64,000 nt of DNA, taken from contig CBDCXR010000004.1 in assembly GCA_965223845.1 (NCBI GenBank), positions 1,568,001-1,632,000 of the forward strand, written 5' to 3'. The notes beneath the pieces were generated by a model. The model had not been told where the DNA came from. It saw only the letters and a program-made list of their open reading frames with translations, and did no database searches. Source of the stretch: Planctomycetota bacterium (lineage in GTDB: Bacteria; Planctomycetota; UBA8108; SXIK01). This document shows positions 40,851 to 49,989 of the stretch, one piece after another; the stretch's first letter is position 1; each line of letters begins with the position of its first letter. Made by a program: the position numbers and the translations under genes.

Positions 40851-41795
40851 ATGACGGAAGGCGCTGACCGTTTTTCTCTCCAGACACCCGGAACGGCGAC
40901 GTTGGCACCTCGCACCGCGTTTCTCGAGTTCGGCTCGACATCGATCAAGTTCTACCTCGTGACGGCCACCGGGCCCGATGCCGGTAAGGTCGAGGTCGAG
41001 ACGAAGATCCCGTGGGATCTCGGCTACGACGTCTTCGAGCACGCGCGCATCAGTCCGACGACGATCGCCCGTGGCACGGCGACCCTGCGAGAGCTTCAGG
41101 CGGAGTATCCGGACGTTTCCTTCGAATCTGCGACGGCAGTCGGAACGGCCGCTCTCCGCGAAGCACAGAACGCCGACGTCTTCCAGCGCGTGATCGGGGA
41201 GGAGCTCGGCCTTCAGATTCACGTCATCGAAGGCGGAATCGAGGCTTTCCTGCTCGAAACCGGCTTTCGATCGACCGTGACGCAATACCCGACCGGGCTC
41301 TTCGATCTCGGCGGGGGCAGTCTCGAGCTCGTGGAATACCTGAGCGCGTACGCAACGAAGAAGACGAGTCTTCCGCTCGGGGCGATCCGGCTTCACTGTC
41401 AGCTCCGCTCGACGAAGGATCTGTTCGCCTACGTCACGGAGGCTCGACGTCACGTGGCCGCGGTCGTCGAGCACCATCTGGTCGGTCAGACGCCCCCCTA
41501 TCGCGAGCTCATCGGGACGGGCGGGACGATGCGAACTCTCATTCGTCTCGTCGGCAGCGAGGCGCTCGATGGGGAGAACATCCGCGCGCTCGTCGACCGG
41601 GAGATTCGCGGCGAGCCCTGGGAAGAGGTCGAACCGCACCGACGACGAGTTCTGCTCCCGGGCGCCTTGATCGTCGAGGGGCTCCTCGCGACGCTGAAGC
41701 TCGACCGCGTCGTCTACCGCGGCGCGTCCGTGAAGCGCGGACTGATCAACCTGACGCGACTTCTTCCGGGCGGAGGCGTCCGTCCGGCCGGTTGA
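40851..41795 (+). CDS. Ppx/GppA family phosphatase (single-domain form)
   Basis: EFGSTSIK; AVGTAALREAQN; DLGGGSLE; SLPLGAIRL; IGTGGT; LLPGALI. Confidence 0.88.
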   Translation: MTEGADRFSLQTPGTATLAPRTAFLEFGSTSIKFYLVTATGPDAGKVEVETKIPWDLGYDVFEHARISPTTIARGTATLRELQAEYPDVSFESATAVGTAALREAQNADVFQRVIGEELGLQIHVIEGGIEAFLLETGFRSTVTQYPTGLFDLGGGSLELVEYLSAYATKKTSLPLGAIRLHCQLRSTKDLFAYVTEARRHVAAVVEHHLVGQTPPYRELIGTGGTMRTLIRLVGSEALDGENIRALVDREIRGEPWEEVEPHRRRVLLPGALIVEGLLATLKLDRVVYRGASVKRGLINLTRLLPGGGVRPAG

Positions 41796-41825
41796 GCGAC
41801 TGCGGAACGGAGGTGCGCCGAGCGC

Positions 41826-43370
41826 TCAGTTCTCGAGCGCGCCCTGGTCGATCCAGCGCCGGAGCGTCGCGATGGCACTTTCGGGCAGCGGATCGGGGCT
41901 CCCGAGCGGCATCCGCGAGCGCGCGCGGTCGAAGTCGGGGTTCGATTCGTCGACGCGGCGCATCAGGTAGCTGCCGGCGCTGTCTCCGGGCACGACCGTC
42001 GGGGGCTCGCGGGTGTCTCCTCCCGTGATCACGAGCGAGCGGTAGCTAGCGAGGTCGAGGCCTCCCGAAAGGGTCTCCGCCGAGTGGCAGAACCGCTGCG
42101 AGCACCCTCCGCCGTTCGGAGGGGCGAGGTCGAAGATCGGGCGGACGCTGAGCGACCAGCTCGCCGGCGTCCGGACCGACACTTCTCGCGTGTTGGTGTC
42201 GCTGTTGTCGCTCGCGTCCACGGCTCGAACGACGACGAAATAGAGTGTGTCGGGTACGAGGGTTTCGACCACCGCGGCGTCGGTGCCGACTACGGTCAGC
42301 GTGGGCGCATCGAAGTCCTGGCCGCCCGAGACGAGCGCGAAGAAGAGGTCGTACCGGATGTCCTCGCTCCGCGTCTCGTTGTCCGTCGCCTCAGTCCAGG
42401 CGAGGCTCGCGCGGGTCGGGAAGGTCGGGTCGGTCGCTGCGCTCTCAAGGCCGTCGAAGGATGGGGGGATCGGGTCGCAGCGGTTCTCGGGCGGCGTCGT
42501 CACTTCGACCGAATCCGAGAGCGGGCTCGAATTGCCGATCGCGTCGACCGCGGCCACGGCAACGCGGTAGCTCGTCGCCGCACTGAGTCCCGAGACGAAC
42601 GCGAAGGTCTCGCCCGGCGGCGTCAGCAGTGCGGCCTCGTCCTCGGGGAGCGGGGTGTCGCTCGGCGCGACGAAGATCCGGTAACGAATCTCCGCCGGAG
42701 GTGAGTTGTCGTCGACGGAAAGAGTCTCCCAGACGACGGAGATCGCGTCGCAAGCGGTCGCGTGGGCTGAGATCGTTCCGCGAAGTCGCGGGATCTCGCG
42801 GAAGGTTTCGTACTCGAGGGGAAAGACGAGCTCGGGGGCGCCGGGTTCCGGCTCGACGGGGGCTCCGTCGATCGCTGCGATGTCGTCGCCGATCGTGAGC
42901 GAGTAGGTCGCATCGGCGCGGATGTCGTCGACGTTCGGCCTCCAGACTAGGACCTGCTCCCCCGGAACGGAACCAGCTTCGAGCGAACTCCGTCCACTGA
43001 CGAGTGCACCGTCGCCGAGTTCTCGCAGCTCGAGCGGGGAAGAGATCGTCGTCCGGTCGAGCTCGCGCGGAAACGTGAGTCGCCACGCGAGCTCCGGGCC
43101 GAGTTCGATGCGTCCGGCCGGCGGTGAGATCGCGCGGACGAAGAACGGTTCGAGTTCGGCGGGGCGATCGCGAACGGTGATCGTCTGGCGCACTGAGCTG
43201 TCGCATCCCGCGCCGGCGACGAGGGAAACTCCCAGCACCGAGACCGCGAAGAATCTCGGAACTTGGACGCGGATCCGGTCGCGTCTCAGGGGCGCGACGG
43301 TGCTCCCGCCCGGCCTTCGCCTCACGGCTCGTACGTGACGATCCTCGCGGCCGCGCCCTCGCTCATTCAT
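41826..43370 (-). CDS. Lipoprotein with Ig-like (Big_5-like) domain, two Fn3 domains and C-terminal planctomycete-type cytochrome c
   Basis: Lipobox VAGAGC; GLSAATSYRVAVAAVDAIGN; VRPIF...CSQRFCH...GGLDL.SY...VVPGD...SYL...MP...WIDQGA. Start uncertain. Confidence 0.8.
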   Translation of the reverse strand: MNERGRGREDRHVRAVRRRPGGSTVAPLRRDRIRVQVPRFFAVSVLGVSLVAGAGCDSSVRQTITVRDRPAELEPFFVRAISPPAGRIELGPELAWRLTFPRELDRTTISSPLELRELGDGALVSGRSSLEAGSVPGEQVLVWRPNVDDIRADATYSLTIGDDIAAIDGAPVEPEPGAPELVFPLEYETFREIPRLRGTISAHATACDAISVVWETLSVDDNSPPAEIRYRIFVAPSDTPLPEDEAALLTPPGETFAFVSGLSAATSYRVAVAAVDAIGNSSPLSDSVEVTTPPENRCDPIPPSFDGLESAATDPTFPTRASLAWTEATDNETRSEDIRYDLFFALVSGGQDFDAPTLTVVGTDAAVVETLVPDTLYFVVVRAVDASDNSDTNTREVSVRTPASWSLSVRPIFDLAPPNGGGCSQRFCHSAETLSGGLDLASYRSLVITGGDTREPPTVVPGDSAGSYLMRRVDESNPDFDRARSRMPLGSPDPLPESAIATLRRWIDQGALEN

Positions 43371-43514
43371 GGCCAAACTCGACTTCGAAGACGGACGAAA
43401 CTCCAGCGGGCACCCGGCGACTACGGCGGATCCGCTCTGCGTCCGTCCATTCTACCCCTCGGTTCGGGCCGCGCGCCTCGCTCGCGCACCCGGGGGCGAG
43501 AACGGTAGGGGCAC

Positions 43515-43561
43515 AAAAAAACGTGGGCTCCACGGTGGGAGGGGAGACCGTGGAGCCCACG
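43515..43561 (-). terminator. Strong intrinsic terminator downstream of the DUF1501 gene
   Basis: Perfect 15-bp stem CGTGGGCTCCACGGT/ACCGTGGAGCCCACG, 10-nt loop, T7 tail on the minus strand. Confidence 0.88.
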
Positions 43562-43677
43562 ATATCGCGGGTCACTGCTGAGACCCGGAGGAGGGATGCC
43601 CAGGTATCGGCGCGATGCGCCCCTAACCTGGAGCGAAACTCAAATCGCGGGATCGCGCGTAGTGAAGCGAACCGAGG

Positions 43678-45036
43678 CTAGGCCATGAAGCCGAGCGGGG
43701 TGAAGTCGCTCGAGTTTTTGAGTGAGTCGTACCCGGGGATGGTCGAGTCGAGGTTCGTGTTCCCCATCCACGAGAAGATCTCGGCGAACACCGAGCGATA
43801 GTCCGTTCGGTGCGCGACGTACTTCCCGTTCTTGCTGAAGAGGTCACCCGACGACCAGGTGGTCGAGTCGCAGTTGTAGACGCCGCCTTGGACTCCGCCG
43901 CCCGCGACGCACATCACGGTCGCGTACGCGTGGTCGGTGCCGCCGCTCCCGTTCTCCTTCGACGTGCGGCCGAACTCGGTCATGGTGCAAAGCACCAAGT
44001 TCTCCCACTGGTCCTGGAGGTCACGGTAGAGCGCCTGGAACCCTTGCGCGACCCGGGTGAGCAGATCGCCGTGGGAGCCGTAGGTCCCGCCTTGGCGCGA
44101 GTGCGTGTCCCACCCGCCGATGTTCACGCCGAGGACGCGCACGGGAGTGCGCTTCATGAGCATCGCGACCTGGAGGAGCTTGTCTCCGAGGCTTCCGCCC
44201 GGATAGACCGCTCCGTTCGACGGCGAGTAGGGACCCGCCGCGACCGCTTGCTGAACGACGTTGATCGAATCGGCGAGCGTGAGGCCGGTGCCGTAGACGA
44301 GGTCGCGGTACTTGCGACCCGGGTAGTCCTTCGGGCCGCCGAGGACGCCGAGGAGTCCTCCCCCGTCTGCTCCGCCCGGCGCCGACGGGAGTGCGCCGAG
44401 GAACTTGCGCACGCGGGTCGAGCTCCCCGAGAACTTGAAGTTCTCGACGTTTCGCATCGTGGGGATGGAGTTCGCGCCCTTGAGGGCGTCCATCGAGTTG
44501 CTCGTGATCGCCGCCGCGAGGAACGCAGCGGGATCCTGTTTCCGCAGCTCTTCGACGTGACGATAGATCATGCCCTCTTCGTGATCGCTCCGGGGCATCC
44601 CGTTTTCCCAGTAGAGCTGACTGTCGAAGTGCGACTGCGACTGTCCTTGGTAGCCGACGCGGTGAATCACCGCGAGGTTCCCGGGGCCGTCGACGCCGTT
44701 GAGGGCGCTGTTGTTGTAGATCTCCATCATCGGCTCGAGCATCGGGTGAAACTGCGCGAAGCCGTTGCCGAGGTCCGTGCCGTTCGCCGTGACGTTTGCT
44801 TCCGGAATGTAGATCGTCGGCCGCGTCGTCGTGTTGTAGTCGGCGTCTCCGCGCGGAATCACCGTGTTCACGCCGTCGTTTCCGCCGCGCTGGAAGATGA
44901 AGATCATCTTCTTGTCAGCGAGTCCCGGCGCCGCCGCGAGGTGGCGCTGAAGCATGGTAGGCATGAAGGACGGCATGCCGAGCGCGAGCGTCGAGAGTCC
45001 ACCCGTCTTCAGGAACGTGCGTCGGTTCCAGTTCAT
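43678..45036 (-). CDS. DUF1501 family protein with Tat signal
   Basis: NRRTFLK Tat motif; IFQRGGNDGVNTVIP; SHFDSQ..W; GGWDTH; TEFGRT..ENGSGGTDH; TDYRSVF. Confidence 0.92.
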   Translation of the reverse strand: MNWNRRTFLKTGGLSTLALGMPSFMPTMLQRHLAAAPGLADKKMIFIFQRGGNDGVNTVIPRGDADYNTTTRPTIYIPEANVTANGTDLGNGFAQFHPMLEPMMEIYNNSALNGVDGPGNLAVIHRVGYQGQSQSHFDSQLYWENGMPRSDHEEGMIYRHVEELRKQDPAAFLAAAITSNSMDALKGANSIPTMRNVENFKFSGSSTRVRKFLGALPSAPGGADGGGLLGVLGGPKDYPGRKYRDLVYGTGLTLADSINVVQQAVAAGPYSPSNGAVYPGGSLGDKLLQVAMLMKRTPVRVLGVNIGGWDTHSRQGGTYGSHGDLLTRVAQGFQALYRDLQDQWENLVLCTMTEFGRTSKENGSGGTDHAYATVMCVAGGGVQGGVYNCDSTTWSSGDLFSKNGKYVAHRTDYRSVFAEIFSWMGNTNLDSTIPGYDSLKNSSDFTPLGFMA

Positions 45037-45089
45037 GGATTCACCTGCTGTGTGGTTCTCATGGTTCGTGTTCGTTCGCCGTCGAGGTG

Positions 45090-48000
45090 CTACTGGAAGT
45101 TCCAGAGCGGAAGGCTCAACAGGAGTCCGACGAGCTCGCGAACGCGTCGCTCCGCGTCGGTTCGTGCGAGGCTGAACGTGAGTGGATTACCGCTAGAGTC
45201 CGAGTTCAGGAACTCGATGAGCTGAGCTCGGTTTGTCGCCGGCAGCGACCCCTGATAGAGGAGTCCGCTGAAATAATCGACGACGGCCTCGGCCGTGGTG
45301 AGACCACGTTCGGCGAGGAACGAGTCGGTGTCCCAGGTGTAGTCGCGATCGCCGTTGTCGGCGAGTTCCCGCGCGAATTCGATGCGAGAGAGCATCGTTC
45401 CGGTGTCGATCCAGTCGAGGCCGGACTCCGACCAGCCATCCGGCTCGTCTCGAGTGAAATAGTGCATTCCCATCTCGTCGTTGAGATCCGGGAGATCGTT
45501 CCCGCTCGAAATCCCGTCGAGGGCGCGGAGCGAGCTGTTGATGAACTCGAGCGGTGTCTTCACCTTCGCCCGGAAATAATCGGGGGCCCAGAACGGAGAC
45601 TCCTCCGCAAGGATCGCCTGCAAGACGGTCTCGATATTCCCCTTAGGCGTCGTCGAGTTCCATGCGGCGATCGCGCTCGCGAGAAGTCCGACGAGCTCCG
45701 GCGGGGCGGTCCCGTTCTTGTAGCTCGTCAGTGTCAGGTCGTCGGAGACGAACTTCTGGATGAGCTTGATGCAGATGAACTCCGCCGTCGAGGGGTGCTC
45801 GACGAGCGCGTCGATCACTTCGAGTGCGTCCTGGAGACCCGCGGCGCCCGTTCGACCGGATGGCACGTTGATCTCGTACGGGGTGTTGTTGAAGAGCGTC
45901 TTCGAACCGGTGTTGTGCTCGTCCGCGTTGAAGCGGAAGGTCCAGATTCCCGACGGATCGCCGTTCTCGACGCTACCGGGAAGAACCTCGCGATCGAGAA
46001 GGCGCGGACGCATGGTGAGATCGGAGCTCGAGATGTCGGTGTTGTGCACCTGAATCGCGAGAACGTTTTCCCCGGGCTCGAGGAGGTTGATCGCCCGCTG
46101 GAGGTTGAAGTACTCGGCCCCTTCGCTAGCCTCGTGCGAGTCGGACTCCTCGTCGAACGCCGGCGGGAAGCCCGCGTCTTCCATCGTTTCGCTTCGGGCG
46201 ACCTCCGTGCCGTTCAGGTAGCAGACGAAACCATCGTCGTATCTCACCTCGAGGATGAGGTTCCGGAATGCGCCCGGATCGTCGACGGTAAACGTGCGAC
46301 GAAGGTAGACCGACAAGTAACCGTTCCTCATGTCGGAGAGGACGGTTTGGTCGTCGCTGTCGCCGTAGCCGATTCCGGTCCGCCCGTCCGTCCAGGTCGA
46401 GTCGTCGAAATCAGGCATCGCCCACGCGGTCGTCGCGGCGCCGTTTTGGTCCGGCGTGGGCTCTTCCGTGCCCTTCAAGTATTTCCAACCGGATCCGATC
46501 CCGAGGAACTGCGTGTCGTCGAACTGCACGCCGCACTCGACCGGTGCGTTCCGCGCGCTCTCCGGGAAGCTCTGGACATCGCCTGGCGTCACCTTGCAGA
46601 CCGTCCAGCCGGTGAAGGCCTCGGCGAGCTCCTCGATGTCGCGCTGCGTGTACCGGTTGTCGACGCCCATCGCGTAAAGCTCGAGCACTTCGCGCGAGTA
46701 GTTCTCGTTCGCGTCTCGCTTTAGATTGAGGACGTTGTCGAGGTAGATCAGCATCGTCGGGCTGGTGGCGCTGTAGAGGAGCAAGTCGCCGAAGTTTCCG
46801 AGCCCATTTTCATAGAAGAATTGATACTCGAGATACTCGAGCTGGGCCGCTTCGCGCTCCGCCTGAGCGAGATCCATCGCGTCGGTCGCGTCCGAGTTTT
46901 GCAGCTCGTCGAAGTACTCGACGATCTTTTCGTAATCGGTGCAGAAGTGGTTTTCCCAGAAGTCGGCGAGCACCGACTGCAACTGCCGGCGGGAGTACAC
47001 TCCGCGTACGTGGATCAACTCCTGAAGGCTCTCGATTCCGTCGATCGTCGTGATCGGAGGGACGTCGAGTGACGCGCGATTGAGAAGAGCCGGGTTGAGC
47101 GTGAAGTCCGAGCTGCCGAGATTGACGTTGTGGCCGCTTACGGCGAGCACGTTGACTCCGTCGACGAGGAGATTCTTCCGCGCGGTGATGTCGAAGGTCT
47201 CGGCGCCTTCGGCTTCGTGTCCCTGTGACGCCGACCGGTTGTAGGTCGCGCTCCCCGAGACATTGCGGCGAAGCACTTCCGTGCCGTTCAGGTAGGCGAC
47301 GAATCCGTCGTCGTAGTCGATGCTCAGCATCAGACGATCGACGTCCGCGGGATCGACCGTGAACTCCGTCCGGATGAAGCAAGTGAGGAAGCTGTCTTCC
47401 ATGTCCGGAAAGGGCGTGAGATCGTCGCCGTCGCCGTATCCAAAACTAGCGAGGCCGGAGAGCCAGGCGCTGTCGTCGAAGCTTGGCTGGGCCCAGTCAG
47501 CCGGCGGCGCGGTCGTCCCCTTGAAGTAGCGCCAAAGGCTGCTCGAGGCGACGATCGGCACGTCCACGGCGGGCTGATATTCCGTGAAGAGTGCTTCTTC
47601 ACGCGACGTGAGCGCCGTGTTCGCCGATTCGTCGATCGACTCCGGCGCGAGCTGCTCCGCGATGTATGCGTCGATGCCGACGCGATCGATTTCATCGAGC
47701 TCCGCCTGCGTCGGTCCGTAGGCGATGCGGTTCAGCAAATGTCCGGCTTCCGATACGTCGACTTCGACCTGCTCGCAGCCGTCGAGCTCGTACGCGAGGC
47801 AGCCGATCGCGTCTGCCGTCGGATCCGGGCCGCACTCCTCGTGACCGGGAGCGGGCGGGGGAGGACCGTCGGCGAAGAGGAAGAGGAGCGTGTAGAGGCC
47901 GTCGGAGATGTCGACCGCGCCGTCATCGTTAGAGTCGGCGGAGTCGTCGCAGCCCACGGGGCCCGCCGACGTAAATAGGCTGTTGAAGATCGCCAGGGCG

Positions 48001-48194
48001 TCGCTCACGTTCACGTCGCCGTCGGCGTTCGTATCGCCGCGAATGAAGTTTCGATCCTGCGCCGGGGCGACCTCGCAGAAGAGTGCGCCCGCCAAGAGGA
48101 CGAGGACGAGCGGAGCGATCTTGATCGAACGTGCGCTCTGCCCAGCGACCCGCGGCGAAACCTGCGCCGCCGAGGTCGAGAAACACCGACCCAT
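45090..48194 (-). CDS. DUF1800 family protein with N-terminal dockerin-like domain and two inserted jelly-roll domains, 1034 aa
   Basis: RBS GGAGG; HLLNRIAYGP; FWENHF; MLIYLDN; NENYSREVLELYAMG; AFTGW; HPSTAEFIC.KL; KVKTPLE. Confidence 0.88.
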   Translation of the reverse strand: MGRCFSTSAAQVSPRVAGQSARSIKIAPLVLVLLAGALFCEVAPAQDRNFIRGDTNADGDVNVSDALAIFNSLFTSAGPVGCDDSADSNDDGAVDISDGLYTLLFLFADGPPPPAPGHEECGPDPTADAIGCLAYELDGCEQVEVDVSEAGHLLNRIAYGPTQAELDEIDRVGIDAYIAEQLAPESIDESANTALTSREEALFTEYQPAVDVPIVASSSLWRYFKGTTAPPADWAQPSFDDSAWLSGLASFGYGDGDDLTPFPDMEDSFLTCFIRTEFTVDPADVDRLMLSIDYDDGFVAYLNGTEVLRRNVSGSATYNRSASQGHEAEGAETFDITARKNLLVDGVNVLAVSGHNVNLGSSDFTLNPALLNRASLDVPPITTIDGIESLQELIHVRGVYSRRQLQSVLADFWENHFCTDYEKIVEYFDELQNSDATDAMDLAQAEREAAQLEYLEYQFFYENGLGNFGDLLLYSATSPTMLIYLDNVLNLKRDANENYSREVLELYAMGVDNRYTQRDIEELAEAFTGWTVCKVTPGDVQSFPESARNAPVECGVQFDDTQFLGIGSGWKYLKGTEEPTPDQNGAATTAWAMPDFDDSTWTDGRTGIGYGDSDDQTVLSDMRNGYLSVYLRRTFTVDDPGAFRNLILEVRYDDGFVCYLNGTEVARSETMEDAGFPPAFDEESDSHEASEGAEYFNLQRAINLLEPGENVLAIQVHNTDISSSDLTMRPRLLDREVLPGSVENGDPSGIWTFRFNADEHNTGSKTLFNNTPYEINVPSGRTGAAGLQDALEVIDALVEHPSTAEFICIKLIQKFVSDDLTLTSYKNGTAPPELVGLLASAIAAWNSTTPKGNIETVLQAILAEESPFWAPDYFRAKVKTPLEFINSSLRALDGISSGNDLPDLNDEMGMHYFTRDEPDGWSESGLDWIDTGTMLSRIEFARELADNGDRDYTWDTDSFLAERGLTTAEAVVDYFSGLLYQGSLPATNRAQLIEFLNSDSSGNPLTFSLARTDAERRVRELVGLLLSLPLWNFQ

Positions 48195-48456
48195 GTGCGT
48201 TCCTCCGATTCGTCTGGAGTCGCCGTCCCCGAGGAGACGGCATGCGAAGACCACAAGGCGAGATCGATTCACCGATCCGTTAGGGGAACAGGCGAGCTGC
48301 CCGCGCGCTCGAATCGATGGCGATTTCGCGATCCGCGACAGTTGACCGCCCGCGGACTGGTTCCTCCCCGTTTTTCGAGACTCGTTGAGTGGCTCCCGCT
48401 CATGCGGCAGCCGCGGCCGTCCCCCGAGATCTCTGCCCAGACGAGCCGAAACCGAC

Positions 48457-48484
48457 ATTATATCTGGACCCCGGGGGAGGGGAA
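48457..48484 (-). promoter_or_regulatory. Possible sigma70 promoter of the DUF1800-DUF1501 operon
   Basis: Minus strand TTCCCC-N16-TATAAT; a perfect -10 box in a very GC-rich background. Confidence 0.4.
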
Positions 48485-48550
48485 GAACGCTTAACGCCGT
48501 TCCGTGTGAAGATTTAGCGGTGTTCGCACGAGCCGTGCGCGAGTCCGGGC

Positions 48551-49219
48551 CTACGAACCGGCTGGGAGGGTCCCATCGTCGCCCGCGTCGGTGTCGGCAG
48601 CGGTGCGGGGCATCGACTTCAGCCGAATCTCCCGGCGGATTTGACGGGTGAGGTTTTTCCCGCCGCCGCCGCGATACCCCGCTCCCACCTCGAAGCCGTA
48701 GCGAAGTTGGCGCGCGGAGATCGCGGGGTGGAGATTGCCGGGAGCACCCACACCGAGCGCGGGGATCGCGAGCGTCTCGACGGCGGGCTGGCCCGCGGCC
48801 TGGTCGGCGGCCAGAGCGCGCACAGCGCCTCGAGCGCAAAGGGCGGCGTTCACCGTCGAGGCGATCGACTGCGGCGTTCGCCAGAGCGGAGCGTAGATGA
48901 GAGCTCGACCACCGTACCGTTCGACGAGCGCCTGTCCGACCAGCATTTCGCCGGCGAATTCCGAACGAACGCGCGCCCGGAGCTGATCCTGGAACTCGAG
49001 ACCGAACCGTTCCGAAGCACGCAGCTCGAAACCGCTGTCGAGGAAACCGAACGCGTTCCCGGGGACGACGAGCGCGTCGACCTCGGTCTCGAGAGGATCG
49101 GCGTCGCGGATCTCCACGTACTCGCAAGGTGCGAAGCGGAGCTCCCACGCGGAGCGCACGTCGGCGTCGCGATCGGCGAGAATGAGCCGTACGGGCAGAG
49201 TGGGGCGTTCTTCCTTCAT
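48551..49219 (-). CDS. Macrodomain (ADP-ribose-binding) family protein
   Basis: DALVVPGNAFGFLDSG; GEMLVGQA; LIYAP; LAIPALGVG; ARQL. Confidence 0.8.
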   Translation of the reverse strand: MKEERPTLPVRLILADRDADVRSAWELRFAPCEYVEIRDADPLETEVDALVVPGNAFGFLDSGFELRASERFGLEFQDQLRARVRSEFAGEMLVGQALVERYGGRALIYAPLWRTPQSIASTVNAALCARGAVRALAADQAAGQPAVETLAIPALGVGAPGNLHPAISARQLRYGFEVGAGYRGGGGKNLTRQIRREIRLKSMPRTAADTDAGDDGTLPAGS

Positions 49220-49461
49220 GATGGCTTCATCGAGCTAAATTCGCGCAAGAGGGTGAAACCTGCAGCTTAACCCGGAGCTCTTGCGGGATTCTACTGTCGG
49301 ACGCAGACGCGGCTCGAGTTCACCAGTCGCCCGTCCGGATCTCGGCGCAGCGATCGCACGGGGCTGCGGTACACTGATCCGCCTGAGCGCTCGACCGCAC
49401 TGGCGGAGGCCGAGCGACCCGCACCTCGAGCTCTTCGAACTTTACTCCAGCGCGAACCATC

Positions 49462-49872
49462 ATGCCGACAGACGCATCGAGCCTTCCGAGCGACTACGAG
49501 GGACTGCAGGGCGACGTTCGCTCCCTCGAGCTCCCCCCTCTCGAAGTGTGGGAGAATCAGTATCCCGACCGCGACTATCGGATCCGCATCGAGATTCCGG
49601 AGTTCACGTGCGTTTGTCCGAAGACGGGACTCCCCGACTTTGCGACGATTGCGATCGAGTACGTTCCCGATCGATTCTGCGTGGAGCTGAAGTCGCTCAA
49701 ACTCTACATGCTCGCCTTTCGGAACGTCGGCATCTTTCACGAGCATGCCGTGAATCGCGTGCGCGATGATTTCCTCGCTCACATTTCACCGCGGTCACTC
49801 GAGATCCATGGTGACTTCGGAACGCGAGGCGGAATTCGCACGACTGTGTGCGTGCTCTGGCCGCAAGACTGA
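49462..49872 (+). CDS. queF: preQ0 reductase QueF (type I)
   Basis: PEFTCVCPKTGLPDFA; VELKSLKLY; FHEH; RGGI. Confidence 0.96.
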   Translation: MPTDASSLPSDYEGLQGDVRSLELPPLEVWENQYPDRDYRIRIEIPEFTCVCPKTGLPDFATIAIEYVPDRFCVELKSLKLYMLAFRNVGIFHEHAVNRVRDDFLAHISPRSLEIHGDFGTRGGIRTTVCVLWPQD

Positions 49873-49989
49873 CGGAACGGGCTCGTTCCCGTTCCCCAGT
49901 CCCGCTTCTCGGCGTTCGTCTAGCGTCGGCGCGGAGCGTCACCGTGAGTCGTGAGCGGGCGAGGACGGGAACCGGAGACGCCGAGTCGT

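Noticed and set aside
49244-49285. Hairpin CGCAAGAG...CTCTTGCG between the macrodomain gene and queF as a preQ1 riboswitch
   Set aside because: Lacks the preQ1-I loop and A-rich tail consensus and lies about 175 bp from the queF start.
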